Below, one piece after another: positions 39,464 through 49,868 of a stretch of 64,000 nucleotides of DNA (its first letter is position 1; every line of letters starts with the position of its first letter). A program made the position numbers and the translations under genes. The stretch lies in IMG/VR virus record IMGVR_UViG_3300024297_000001, one strand, 5' to 3'. The stretch is from a virus (taxonomy: Duplodnaviria; Caudoviricetes). Below the pieces are notes generated by a model that did no database searches, was not told the origin of the DNA, and worked only from the letters and a program-made list of their open reading frames with translations.

Positions 39464-42400
39464 TTATAGGCCCGCTATTTCTCCAGTGTTTTTAAGTCTT
39501 AATGGAATGTAAATAAACTCCACTGCTTTCACTGGTTCAATTGCAATGTCTACATAAAGTTCGTTTCTATCAATTCTTGATGGAGTGTTGTTACTTTCGT
39601 CACACACTACTAAGAAATCATATAACGCTCTTTGTCCTACAAGCTCAAGCATTAAACTATCTGCTTGTTGTTTGATCTCGTCTCTTGTGATCTTATCGTT
39701 AGGCTCAAAAATGTAAGGCTTCGCAAGTTTGTTTAACTGTCCACGTAAGTAAATTACTAAACGTGCAACGTTAATTCTATCTAAAGAACTTGCATTCTTC
39801 GCTCTTGTCTTTTGACCAAAGTTAACAAGACCTGCACCAGTTAAGAATGTTACTGGGTTAACCTTGTTACTGTACAATGTATCTCTTTGACCTTCGTTAA
39901 GAGCAACTGTTTTAAACTCGCCTTCGTTATCAATAAAGCCTGCACTTGAAGCGTTAGTAATTCCACCACGTCTTGTTCCTGCTGGAGCAAACCATGGGTA
40001 ACTAACTTGATCACTTAATGCAATAGTTCTAAGTATACCATGTGATGCTGGAACAACTACGTTGTTACCTGCATTGTCACTTGTGAATAAACTTGGATAA
40101 AACACACCTAAGTATTCGTCACTTGTTACTAATCCATTGTCGTTATCTTCAACAGCACCGTTAACGTTTGTTGCCCAGTTGTTAATTCCTGTGGCATCAC
40201 TTGCTAATCTCATTGGAGAGTCACCAACAACAAATGCTGTTAAGCCTCTGTCATTGTTCAATGTAACCATTTCACCAATCAGCTCTGGATAACCAGGTGT
40301 TGCTAATAAGTTAAAGATTCTTGATTCGTTATCTCTAATGTCTTGGTTGCTGTTCATCATTGCCTGTAATGCTTGTACAACAACTTTACGCTGTGCCTTA
40401 CGACCGAATGTACCTGAACCATCTGCTTGGTTAGCACTTTCAGTTACCCATCTGTGTGGATAGTAAGACGCCATTGACTCGTCGCCAGTACGTGCATTAT
40501 CTTCTGCAAGATCGATTGAATTACGTACAAATTTCTTAACGTTAAATCCAGAACGTCTTAAGTTCCATAACAACATACCTTTTGGATATAGTGCTGGATC
40601 TGGAGCATCTGGGTCTAAGTAATTACTTGCCGCTAAATCTGCAATAGTACCTGCTGATCCACTGTTAACACCTGAAGTGTTATAACGTGCATCACTAAAC
40701 AACACACCATTCTCTGTAGTCTGGTCTGTGCTATCTCTTAATACCCATTTCAATGTAGTTCCATTGTATTGGTAAATTACTGGATAGTTTTCTAAGTCTG
40801 CTGTACTAACCCAAAGGTCGCCATTTACAAGTGCTGAACCATCTGATTGTGTAGTTGGTTCTGTTGCACTAACAATTGGACCATTTGGTGAACTGTTTGG
40901 ATATCCTGAAGAACTGTCTTGGTAACCTACCCAAGTAGTTCCGTTGTGTAACATAATATCAACTTCGTCAACAACTGAGTTGTACCATAATTGACCATCA
41001 AGTGCTAATGCACTCGGTGCATCATCGCCTGCTGTGTATGATAGTACTTGCCAGTTTGAAGCCATATACTGTTTAGGATTAGTTGAACTGTCTGTTCCTG
41101 GTACATAGTATAAGTTTGCTGTACCTGTGTTTGCATCAACATAAGGAGTAAATCCTGCTAATGTTAATCCACCATCTGTATCAACAATTCTAATTTCTCC
41201 ACCATCGTTGTGTTCAATAACAATTCTGTTTGAAGCGTCTACACTTGCTACAATGTTAGTAAATCCAGCACTGTTAATTTTTCCTGCAATTTCTTCAGCG
41301 TCTGCCGCCGCGCCTGTTGCATTTGTACTAACTGTTACTGCCGCACTCATTGTTGCTGAGTTTGTAGTTGACTCACTCATTGTAAATGTGTAAGTACCGC
41401 TTGAAACTTGATCTGCGATAATTGCTGATGAAATCTTAGTAGATCCAGTAGCAACTCTTTTAAAGATTTTAAAGTCATACTCAACATCTGCTGATTCAGT
41501 AACGTTTGTTTGTGCATAGTAAGTATCAACTGAAAGGTTTACACCTCCGCCTGTTGAATCTAAGTTTTTCAATGCTGTTGCGTTATCTGCATATAATGGA
41601 ACACTCTTGTTGTCCCATAGTTCAGTAGTTCCATTCCACTCTTTAACAGAAAGTTTAGCACCTAAGTTTGCGTCAGTAGTTTTAAACCAAATACTTCCGC
41701 TTGGTCTTGGTGTTGTGTCTGTTGTTTTGTATTCTGGAACACCAGTGTGAGGTGCTATTTCTAATTTAGGTGCATTGTAAGTTGCCGCTGTTAAACCTAA
41801 TTCAGCCGCTAAACCTGTACCGTCTGCAATTACAAGAGCAACACCAGTTGAGAAAATGTTCAATCTGCTGTTTACTGCACTTGCTGTTACGCCTGCAATA
41901 CCTGCACCATTAATATCACTAACAACATCTGCTAATGCTGTGCCTGATGCTGTAATTGTGTTACTATTAATAGTTAAAGTTTTACCACCTGTTACAGTTG
42001 GATTGCTTGTTGCCGCAACTGCTGTTGGCCAACTTGCCTGCCATGCGTCAGTTCCAACTTTAACCCAAGTACCACTTGTGTTTTTGTAGTACGTTTTGTT
42101 AATTGTAGTTGTTGCCACTGTTGCATAGTCACCAATTTTACCAACTGATGCTAAAGGAATACCAGTTGCTTGTCCGCCTACTAATTTAGTTGCGTCTGTA
42201 ATTACTGTTGGTGTTTTTAATGTAAATGTTTGACCACCTGTTGCTGTAGCAGGATTGCCATTCCATTCAAAAATGCCCATTCTACTAATTTGCGTATCAA
42301 ACCAGTAAGTTCCATCAGCCGGATCAGCCGCTGGTGCATTCGCAGTTGCTTGAAGTTCGTTCAAGTCAATGTCTGCTCTTACAACAAAAGCTCTGTTGGA

Positions 42401-42712
42401 AACTCCTAAGTATGAGTAAGCCGCTTGTAGTCCATATTCATTAATCTCTGATCCATGAATTGGATTGTTGTTGTTATCTGTATAAAACAAAGGATCTCCG
42501 AAAGTTTCGGATAAATCTCTTTGTGATGTAAGCAAGAACGGAACTCCAGCGTTTGCTTTCGTTGTTCCCCTTGCTGTACCTGTGCCACTTGCGTTCGCTT
42601 TATCTTGCGCCGTAGCAACAAAAATCATTGGGGTAGTGCCTGGTTCAGCAGGTGTATAGAAACTTTCATCTATAACGCTGACCTGTACTCCGGGTGATAC
42701 TAAGTTTGCCAT
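39464..42712 (-). CDS. gp18: Tail sheath protein (enlarged)
   Basis: MANLVSPGVQV, WFAPAGTRRG, LDRINVARL and FIYIPL. The likely start is ATG 42712 with an AGGAG SD. Confidence 0.93.
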   Translation of the reverse strand: MANLVSPGVQVSVIDESFYTPAEPGTTPMIFVATAQDKANASGTGTARGTTKANAGVPFLLTSQRDLSETFGDPLFYTDNNNNPIHGSEINEYGLQAAYSYLGVSNRAFVVRADIDLNELQATANAPAADPADGTYWFDTQISRMGIFEWNGNPATATGGQTFTLKTPTVITDATKLVGGQATGIPLASVGKIGDYATVATTTINKTYYKNTSGTWVKVGTDAWQASWPTAVAATSNPTVTGGKTLTINSNTITASGTALADVVSDINGAGIAGVTASAVNSRLNIFSTGVALVIADGTGLAAELGLTAATYNAPKLEIAPHTGVPEYKTTDTTPRPSGSIWFKTTDANLGAKLSVKEWNGTTELWDNKSVPLYADNATALKNLDSTGGGVNLSVDTYYAQTNVTESADVEYDFKIFKRVATGSTKISSAIIADQVSSGTYTFTMSESTTNSATMSAAVTVSTNATGAAADAEEIAGKINSAGFTNIVASVDASNRIVIEHNDGGEIRIVDTDGGLTLAGFTPYVDANTGTANLYYVPGTDSSTNPKQYMASNWQVLSYTAGDDAPSALALDGQLWYNSVVDEVDIMLHNGTTWVGYQDSSSGYPNSSPNGPIVSATEPTTQSDGSALVNGDLWVSTADLENYPVIYQYNGTTLKWVLRDSTDQTTENGVLFSDARYNTSGVNSGSAGTIADLAASNYLDPDAPDPALYPKGMLLWNLRRSGFNVKKFVRNSIDLAEDNARTGDESMASYYPHRWVTESANQADGSGTFGRKAQRKVVVQALQAMMNSNQDIRDNESRIFNLLATPGYPELIGEMVTLNNDRGLTAFVVGDSPMRLASDATGINNWATNVNGAVEDNDNGLVTSDEYLGVFYPSLFTSDNAGNNVVVPASHGILRTIALSDQVSYPWFAPAGTRRGGITNASSAGFIDNEGEFKTVALNEGQRDTLYSNKVNPVTFLTGAGLVNFGQKTRAKNASSLDRINVARLVIYLRGQLNKLAKPYIFEPNDKITRDEIKQQADSLMLELVGQRALYDFLVVCDESNNTPSRIDRNELYVDIAIEPVKAVEFIYIPLRLKNTGEIAGL

Positions 42713-42817
42713 ATTTGTTCTCCTGTTGAACTTATTATATGTATTTAGCAACGTAGACGTAAAAGTATGCTAAACACCATGTCAAAAAGGGCATCAAAAG
42801 GGTAGGTAAATACTAAC

Positions 42818-43156
42818 ATGAGACCTTTATGCAAATGCGGTAAAAGACCTGTTGCTGTTAACTACAGAAAAGGCAACAAGACTTTTTATAGAACCAAGTG
42901 TGATGTATGTATTCGCAACAAGGGCAAAGAACTGGGTGAACCTAAGTGGTACCAAGCAGGTTATAGACAAAAAACACATTGTGAGAAGTGTAACTTTAAA
43001 GCCACGTTTAGAGAACAAATGAGAGTGTTTCACATAGACGGTGATCTAAACAACAATCGTCCAAGTAATATGAAAACTATCTGTGCTAACTGCCAGATTG
43101 CTATGCAGAGAGAAGGTTCCCGCTGGAAACAAGGTGATCTTGAACCTGATTTTTAA
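42818..43156 (+). CDS. Zn-binding HNH-family protein
   Basis: CKC, CDVC, CEKC and FHIDGDLNNNRPSNMKTICANC. Confidence 0.75.
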   Translation: MRPLCKCGKRPVAVNYRKGNKTFYRTKCDVCIRNKGKELGEPKWYQAGYRQKTHCEKCNFKATFREQMRVFHIDGDLNNNRPSNMKTICANCQIAMQREGSRWKQGDLEPDF

Positions 43157-43712
43157 GATCTAACAACGTACCGTTATTATCAATAGTGTGTGTAAATTTT
43201 GTGTGTGCCCATGCCCATTCAGATGCATGTACATCTTTGGGTTCAACACCAACATCTTGATATATTCTAAACCAAATAGGATCCTGCCCACGTTTTACAC
43301 GCCAAACTTGTCCACCAACTTCATATAGCATTTTTGCTTCATTTGGAAAACGTACATCTGGAATAACAAAGTGTGTATTAGGATTATCAATAATATGCTT
43401 TTTAGTAAGGCTTACCCAGATACCATCATAGAAGCCTTCACGCATACATTCTGTACCAAATTCTTGTAGTACAAGTCTTGGAGTAATTTCTCTACCAGTT
43501 TCCTGCGTCCAATATTGATCTACTTGCTCACGCCATGCTCTTGATTTGTCAGTTTTGCCATCAAGCAGTTCTCTATCCCAACTGAACATAGATGCTACTG
43601 CGTCTTTAAGTTTGTCAGCAAACGATATTTTTACAAAGTTATGGTTATCTATTAGATTTTGAGCGACTGTGTCTTTACCAGATCCGATTAATCCGCAAAT
43701 GCCTATTAGCAC
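43101..43712 (-). CDS. gp1: Deoxynucleoside monophosphate kinase
   Basis: GLIGSGKDT, SFADKLK, PRLVLQEFGT and DVRFPNE. Confidence 0.9.
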   Translation of the reverse strand: MLIGICGLIGSGKDTVAQNLIDNHNFVKISFADKLKDAVASMFSWDRELLDGKTDKSRAWREQVDQYWTQETGREITPRLVLQEFGTECMREGFYDGIWVSLTKKHIIDNPNTHFVIPDVRFPNEAKMLYEVGGQVWRVKRGQDPIWFRIYQDVGVEPKDVHASEWAWAHTKFTHTIDNNGTLLDLKNQVQDHLVSSGNLLSA

Positions 43713-43747
43713 AAAGAATACTCCTCTATAAGTTTAATTTAAGTTAT

Positions 43748-43776
43748 AGTATAGTATAAATTTATGCTTTTGTCAA
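43748..43776 (-). promoter_or_regulatory. sigma70-type promoter for dNMP kinase
   Basis: TTGACA-17 nt-TATACT. Confidence 0.8.
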
Positions 43777-43783
43777 GTACTTT

Positions 43784-44542
43784 TTAACCAATACTGAAAC
43801 CGTAGCCTTGACCACCTGCAACCTGTAATTTTAGATCTTCTTCAAGTTTGTCCATTTCGGCTTGTGCTTCTGCTTTGAGTGCATCACCATTAAGTGTTGA
43901 TCCACCCTGTGGTCCTGCGATTGTGGCAAATTTACTTCTTGCTTCTCCAAGCATAAACTTACATTTAGCAAGTGTGTAATCTTTGATCCATTGCTTTGCA
44001 AGATAGTCTGTAAGTATTTGGAAGTCTGGTCTGTAGTTGTATGCTTGTAATAATACCTGTTCGCCTGTTCTTGGTCTTTGTAGAACAGTTAATTTTTTAG
44101 TTGCTGTGTTCCAAGTAAATTCAATAAATGAACCAAACATTCTTCCTACAAGTTCTTGGTAACCAGCGAATAGATTGTATGTTGCTAAACCACCCATGTT
44201 AGAACTTGATAACAAGTAAGTGTTTGTGTATGCTAAATTGAATGGCTCAAATAATGTTCCACCATCTCCGCCACCTGTTCTTGATCCAATTGAACGTCTA
44301 AACATCTGTCTAACTTCTACTACTTCATCTGGTAGTGTATATTCATTCTGGTCAAGTACCAACTCAAGAAACATATATGACTCTTCAACAGAATTATCAC
44401 TTCTTTGACGGAATTTGTCAAATGATGCTTTGATTGCTATTTCGTAATGTTCTGGATCAAGTTCAACATCAACCATGCCTCCGCCAAGCATAGCGTTTAC
44501 ATAATCGAATACTTCTTGTTTTGCTGTTGTTATATTGGCCAT
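43784..44542 (-). CDS. gp13: Neck protein
   Basis: LGGGMVDVEL..KDYTLAKCKFMLGEARSKF..GPQGG. Confidence 0.8.
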   Translation of the reverse strand: MANITTAKQEVFDYVNAMLGGGMVDVELDPEHYEIAIKASFDKFRQRSDNSVEESYMFLELVLDQNEYTLPDEVVEVRQMFRRSIGSRTGGGDGGTLFEPFNLAYTNTYLLSSSNMGGLATYNLFAGYQELVGRMFGSFIEFTWNTATKKLTVLQRPRTGEQVLLQAYNYRPDFQILTDYLAKQWIKDYTLAKCKFMLGEARSKFATIAGPQGGSTLNGDALKAEAQAEMDKLEEDLKLQVAGGQGYGFSIG

Positions 44543-44561
44543 AATCTTTCGTCTCCATTAG

Positions 44562-44582
44562 TATTTATGCGTTCGATAAATA
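44562..44582. promoter_or_regulatory. Back-to-back late-type TAAATA elements for gp13 and gp14
   Basis: TATTTA at 44562-44567 (minus strand) and TAAATA at 44577-44582 (plus strand) between the divergent genes. Confidence 0.65.
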
Positions 44583-44590
44583 CAAGTACT

Positions 44591-45754
44591 ATGCCGAGAA
44601 TAAGTTTATATAAACCCGAGAAGGGCAAAGACTACGATTTCCTTGATAAGACTATTACAGAGATGTTTACAGTCGGGGGAACCGACGTTTTTGTACACAA
44701 ATACTTAGGTCCTAAGAATCCTGATGAAGCAGATGCTACACCTTCTGCTCCAAGATATGATGCTGTAAAAGAAACTAATATTCAAGACATGCTTTTCATG
44801 GAAAACCGTGATAGAAAGTATGATCCAGATATTTACGTTTTGCGTGGGATCTACAATGTACAAGATGTTGACTTTGATATGAGTCAGTTTGGTTTATTCT
44901 TAACCAACGACACATTGTTTATGACTATTCCAATCAACTATAGTGTAAAAACACTTGGTAGAAAAATTATGCCAGGTGATGTATTTGAAATGCCACACTT
45001 AAAAGATGAACATGCATTAAATGATTACCAAGTAGCACTAAAACGTTTCTATGTAGTTGAAGATGTAAACAGAGCGGCAGAAGGATTTTCACAAAGTTGG
45101 TATCCACACTTGTACAGAGTCAAGATGAAGCAAATTGTTGACTCACAAGAGTTCAAGGATATACTTGATTTACCAACAGAAGAAGGTAGTTCACAAACAT
45201 TACGTGATGTACTTTCTACATACGATAAAGAAATGCAAATTAACGATGCTATTCTTAATCAAGCAGAAGCAGACTCACCAGAATCTGGTTATGATACAAC
45301 TTCATTATACACATTACAAACAGATGCACAAGGTAAACCAGAACTTGTAACTGCCGACGAAGCAACAATTGACGCAAGTGTTAATGCCGGAAACTTAGAT
45401 GCAAGTAGAGTAAATCAAACACCAGACAGAGAAGGTTACAGTGGTTACTTACTTGGCGATGGTATTCCACCAAATGGAGAAGCATTTGGACATGGTATAG
45501 GTTTCCCAACAAACACAGCAAAAGGTGATTACTTTTTAAGGACTGATCTTATGCCAAATAGATTGTTTAGATTTGACGGACAACGTTGGGTCAAAATGGA
45601 AGATAAAGTACGTATGACATTATCTAACAAAGATAATAGAAATACACATAAAACTGGATTCATTAATAATACTAATTCAGGAACCATTGCTGGTGAAACT
45701 ATTCCAGAAAGACAAAGTTTAAGTAAAGCAATGAAACCAAAGGCGGATAATTAA
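44591..45754 (+). CDS. gp14: Neck/head closure protein (gp14-like) with a C-terminal extension
   Basis: MPRISLYK..ENRDRKYDPDIY..FGLFL..GDVFEMPHL. The likely start is ATG 44591, not 44447. Confidence 0.75.
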   Translation: MPRISLYKPEKGKDYDFLDKTITEMFTVGGTDVFVHKYLGPKNPDEADATPSAPRYDAVKETNIQDMLFMENRDRKYDPDIYVLRGIYNVQDVDFDMSQFGLFLTNDTLFMTIPINYSVKTLGRKIMPGDVFEMPHLKDEHALNDYQVALKRFYVVEDVNRAAEGFSQSWYPHLYRVKMKQIVDSQEFKDILDLPTEEGSSQTLRDVLSTYDKEMQINDAILNQAEADSPESGYDTTSLYTLQTDAQGKPELVTADEATIDASVNAGNLDASRVNQTPDREGYSGYLLGDGIPPNGEAFGHGIGFPTNTAKGDYFLRTDLMPNRLFRFDGQRWVKMEDKVRMTLSNKDNRNTHKTGFINNTNSGTIAGETIPERQSLSKAMKPKADN

Positions 45755-45924
45755 TGAAACACAATGTAGCAGGATTAATTTTTGGAATTTTAGGTGTAAT
45801 TTTTTTAGCAAAAGATATGGGTATGCATGGGAATAGTTTATTTGGTGTTAGTGAAATGACATGGATGTGGTTTACAATGGCAGTTGTACATTTCTTCCTT
45901 AACGATTGTGGGTGTAAAAAATAA
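45754..45924 (+). CDS. 56-aa membrane microprotein
   Basis: Not in the track. MKHNVAGLIFGILGVIFLAKDMGMHG..WMWFTMAVVHFFLNDCGCKK, with TAATG overlaps at both ends. Confidence 0.7.
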   Translation: MKHNVAGLIFGILGVIFLAKDMGMHGNSLFGVSEMTWMWFTMAVVHFFLNDCGCKK

Positions 45925-47342
45925 TGCAACATTTTTATGATGGACAGATAAGAAGATATATTACTCAGATGATTAGACTCATGAGTAATTTTTCTTACAA
46001 AGACGGTGACGGTAAACTTACACAAGTTCCGGTAATGTACGGAGATATTACACGTCAGGTTGGTCATATTCTTAGAGATAACAGTGAAAACAAAATTCCA
46101 AGTGCGCCACGTATAGGTGTTTACATTACAGGATTAGAATTAGATAGAGATAGACTTGCAGATGCTTCATTTGTTGGTAAAGTACACTTGCGTGAAAGAG
46201 ATTATGACGAAACAAATAACGAATATTTAAACACACAAGGTAAAAATGTAACAGTAGAGCGTTTAATGCCTACACCTTACAAGTTAACTGTTTCCGCTGA
46301 CATATGGTCAACTAACACAGAACAAAAATTACAAATTATGGAACAGATATTAATGCTGTTTAATCCAAGTTTAGAAATACAAACAACAGACAACTACATT
46401 GACTGGACAAGTTTAAGTGTAGTTGATTTAGAAAGTGTTAATTTTAGTAGTAGGTCAATGCCTACAGGTACTGAAAGCGAGATTGATGTTGGATCGTTAA
46501 CATTTACTACACCTATATACATTTCACCACCTGTCAAAGTTAAAAAACTTGGTGTTATAACAAACATTATAATGAGTATGTTTAACGAAGACACAGGTAA
46601 CGTTGACCTTGGTGCTACTATGCCTGAACTTAAACGTTACAATGACGAATTCGGCGAAGGCGTGTTTATGGAAGACAAAGACGGAACTACTACACGTAAA
46701 GATACAGCAGGACTTGCCATTACAGCATACAATGATTACGATTTACTTGTGTTAGGTAACACTGCACAACTTATACATAGAGGTGTTGTTGGTAATACTA
46801 ACTGGAATGGTTTCTTTGAAGCGTTACCAGGTACATTTAGATCAGGTCTAAGTCAACTACAATTAACAAGATTAGATATTAATCAAAGTGTCAACGGTAC
46901 TGTTGCAGTTAATCCAACAGATGAAACAACATTAATTATTAATTGGGACGAAGATACTATTCCAAGTGATATGGTCCTTACTGGTTCAACAGGCGATAGG
47001 AATAAGATAGATTATATTATTGATCCAACTAACTTTAATCCAACTACTATTAAATCAAACGGTGTTAGAGTATTATTATTAGGTTCTATTGGTAGTGCAA
47101 CAAATACTGATGGTGCTGATGCTTGGAAAAACAATGACGGTACAGACTTTATTGCAAGTGAAAATGATATAGTAGAATGGACTGGTACAAAATGGCAAAT
47201 ACTGTTTGATTCAAGTACAGTATCTGACATCAAATTTGTAACTAACCTAAATACAAGTATCCAATACAAATGGACAGGTACAGAATGGGTCAAATCCATT
47301 GAAGGCGAGTACCGGAATGGAGCGTGGCGCATACAATTTTAA
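45924..47342 (+). CDS. gp15: Tail terminator/sheath stabiliser with a C-terminal extension
   Basis: FYDGQIRRY..VPVMYG..PTPYKL..QIMEQILMLFNP. Confidence 0.8.
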   Translation: MQHFYDGQIRRYITQMIRLMSNFSYKDGDGKLTQVPVMYGDITRQVGHILRDNSENKIPSAPRIGVYITGLELDRDRLADASFVGKVHLRERDYDETNNEYLNTQGKNVTVERLMPTPYKLTVSADIWSTNTEQKLQIMEQILMLFNPSLEIQTTDNYIDWTSLSVVDLESVNFSSRSMPTGTESEIDVGSLTFTTPIYISPPVKVKKLGVITNIIMSMFNEDTGNVDLGATMPELKRYNDEFGEGVFMEDKDGTTTRKDTAGLAITAYNDYDLLVLGNTAQLIHRGVVGNTNWNGFFEALPGTFRSGLSQLQLTRLDINQSVNGTVAVNPTDETTLIINWDEDTIPSDMVLTGSTGDRNKIDYIIDPTNFNPTTIKSNGVRVLLLGSIGSATNTDGADAWKNNDGTDFIASENDIVEWTGTKWQILFDSSTVSDIKFVTNLNTSIQYKWTGTEWVKSIEGEYRNGAWRIQF

Positions 47343-47354
47343 ATAATTACTTGT

Positions 47355-47795
47355 ATGAGCGACAAAATCAATTGCAGTGGTGCATTATTTTATGCACTAA
47401 AAACTAAACGTTTTTTATTCTTACATAGAACTCAAAGCAAACAGAACAATGTTTGGGGTTTGGTAGGTGGCCGTGGTGCTGTTGACGAATCGCCTATTGA
47501 TGCTTTACATAGAGAAATCAAAGAAGAAATTGGTACTACACCAAAATCAGTAAAAACTATACCTTTAGAAACTTTTGTCAGCACCGACGAAAAGTTCAAT
47601 TTCCATACATACCTAATAGTTGTTAAAGAAGAATTTATTCCTGATCTAAATGAAGAACATGATGGTTATTCTTGGGCAAGTTTTAGTAAGTATCCAAAGC
47701 CTTTGCATCAAGGTTTAAGAAACACACTACAAAACAAAACTAATATTACAAAGTTGCAGACAGTGTTTGAGTTGATTGACATATTAGAGAGTTAA
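47355..47795 (+). CDS. NUDIX hydrolase
   Basis: GGRGAVDESPIDALHREIKEEIG Nudix box. Confidence 0.85.
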   Translation: MSDKINCSGALFYALKTKRFLFLHRTQSKQNNVWGLVGGRGAVDESPIDALHREIKEEIGTTPKSVKTIPLETFVSTDEKFNFHTYLIVVKEEFIPDLNEEHDGYSWASFSKYPKPLHQGLRNTLQNKTNITKLQTVFELIDILES

Positions 47796-47796
47796 C

Positions 47797-49047
47797 ATGA
47801 TAAAAGTTTACGGCGACATAATGCTGGACAGTTGGATTATTGGGAAAGCCAGTAGAATTAGTCCTGAAGCGCCTGTACCAGTACTAAAAGAAATTGAAAG
47901 AAAAAACAGTATAGGTGGTGCGGCTAATCTTGCACTTAATCTTAGCAACATTGTTGACAACGTTTCTTTGTTTGGTGCAGTAGGTATGGACGACGAAGGT
48001 TTTGATGTTCTAAAAATACTTGAAACAACAAATAATATAGATTGTAGCATACAATCAGATGCAGAAATTACAACTACTAAAACAAGATTAGTAGGCCAAC
48101 GTGGACAACACATCATGCGTTGGGATAAAGAGAAAAAATACAAAGGTAAAGCACAAGCAAGATTCCTTGAAAGTGTTAACGAAGAAGATATTGTATGTTT
48201 AAGTGATTATAACAAAGGTACCATTGGTACACATTTAGTAGAAAAACTTAATAATAAAAAATGCAAAGTTTTAGTTGATCCTAAACAAGGACCAGAAGTA
48301 TACAAAGGTGCATTTCTTGTGAAACCAAACATGAAAGAATACAAAACATGGTTTGGAAAATTTAATAGAGAAGTTGCTTTCTTTGCAATCAAAGAACATG
48401 GTTGGAAATATCTTGTAGTAACAGACGGTGCTAATGGTATACACGTTTTAAGTGATGAATTACAATATCAACACTACAAAGAACCTGTAAGAGAAGTTGC
48501 AGATGTAACTGGTGCTGGTGATACTGTACTTGCCGTTATTGCTTATGGTATTAAAAGAGGTATGGATGTGTTTGCCGCATGTAAGTTAGCCTGTTATGCT
48601 GGTGCAAGATCAGTAGAACACAGAGGTGTATATGCAATACAAACAGAAGATTTAAAAAGACAAGTAGTTTGGACCAATGGCGTGTTTGATATACTACATG
48701 AAGGACATTTTAGACTGTTAAGACATGCAAGATCAAAAGGTAGAAAACTTATTGTAGGTATTAACAGCGATGCAAGTACAAAAAGACTCAAGGGAGAAGG
48801 CAGACCTATTAACAATCAATTACAACGTAAAATGAATCTTGAACTTTTACCATGGATTGACGAAGTTGTAATATTTGATGAAGATACTCCCATTAATTGT
48901 ATTGAAAGATTTCAACCAGACTTAATTATTAAGGGTGGAGATTACACTGTTGAAACAGTTGTAGGTCATGAACTTGCAGAAGTAGAAATTTTTCCAACAG
49001 TAAAAGATCAATCAACAACAAGTATTATAGAGAAGATGAAAATATGA
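47797..49047 (+). CDS. hldE: Bifunctional heptose-7-P kinase / heptose-1-P adenylyltransferase
   Basis: GDIMLD..RISPEAPVP, DVTGAGDT, NGVFDILHEGH, KGGDY and STT. Confidence 0.93.
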   Translation: MIKVYGDIMLDSWIIGKASRISPEAPVPVLKEIERKNSIGGAANLALNLSNIVDNVSLFGAVGMDDEGFDVLKILETTNNIDCSIQSDAEITTTKTRLVGQRGQHIMRWDKEKKYKGKAQARFLESVNEEDIVCLSDYNKGTIGTHLVEKLNNKKCKVLVDPKQGPEVYKGAFLVKPNMKEYKTWFGKFNREVAFFAIKEHGWKYLVVTDGANGIHVLSDELQYQHYKEPVREVADVTGAGDTVLAVIAYGIKRGMDVFAACKLACYAGARSVEHRGVYAIQTEDLKRQVVWTNGVFDILHEGHFRLLRHARSKGRKLIVGINSDASTKRLKGEGRPINNQLQRKMNLELLPWIDEVVIFDEDTPINCIERFQPDLIIKGGDYTVETVVGHELAEVEIFPTVKDQSTTSIIEKMKI

Positions 49048-49868
49048 GAATTTTAGTTACAGGTTACCAAGGATTTATTGGTTCAAATGTAGCATCATAC
49101 CTAAAAGCAAAAGGACATGATGTGGAAGGCTTCCCTTGGGAAATTAATAAGTTTCCAGATGCTCAACAATACGATAGAATTATACATTTGGGTGCAATTT
49201 CAAGTACAACTGAACGTGATGTTGAAAAGATTATGCAACACAACTATGAGTACACAATGAAGTTGATTGAAATTTGTGATATGATGGGTACTTCTTTACA
49301 ATATGCAAGTTCGGCAAGTGTGTATGGAGAACTAACACACTTTAGAGAGGACTTAGAGTTAGATCCTCGCAGTCCTTATGCTTGGACAAAGTACCTTGTT
49401 GATAGATTTGTAACACAACACCTAAATGAGTTTAGAGTTAACATACAAGGCTTTAGATATTTCAATGTTTATGGTCACGGAGAAGAACACAAAGGCGATA
49501 TGATGAGCCCAATTAGTAAGTTTACTAAACAAGCCAAAGAAACTGGTGTTATAAAAGTGTTCGAAGGTAGTGGTAAGTTTAAACGTGATTTTATTTGTGT
49601 TGAAGATGTTGCAGTGATGCATGAAAAAATGCTTGATGTTGATAAAAGTGGTATTTGGAACATTGGTAGTGGCGTTGCTACTTCATTTTTACAAGTTGCA
49701 CAAGTTATTGCAAACAAGTATGGTGCAAAGATTGAAGAAATACCAATGCCGGAAAACATTAAGGCACAATATCAAAAATATACGTGTGCTGACAATGACA
49801 AATTAAAAGAAACTATTGAGCATAAGTGCTTTAGTGTAGGAGAATGGGTAAATGGCCAACCAAACTGA
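49044..49868 (+). CDS. hldD: ADP-L-glycero-D-manno-heptose 6-epimerase
   Basis: GYQGFIGS, HLGAISSTT, YASSASVYG, YAWTK, RYFNVYG and RDFICVED. Confidence 0.88.
   Translation: MRILVTGYQGFIGSNVASYLKAKGHDVEGFPWEINKFPDAQQYDRIIHLGAISSTTERDVEKIMQHNYEYTMKLIEICDMMGTSLQYASSASVYGELTHFREDLELDPRSPYAWTKYLVDRFVTQHLNEFRVNIQGFRYFNVYGHGEEHKGDMMSPISKFTKQAKETGVIKVFEGSGKFKRDFICVEDVAVMHEKMLDVDKSGIWNIGSGVATSFLQVAQVIANKYGAKIEEIPMPENIKAQYQKYTCADNDKLKETIEHKCFSVGEWVNGQPN

Noticed and set aside
44447-44590. Extended N-termini in the ORF track (also 5256, 14131, 17302, 26722, 27841, 34122, 42751)
   Set aside because: They overlap neighbouring genes or promoters. Downstream starts fit SD or TAAATA spacing and gene coupling better.
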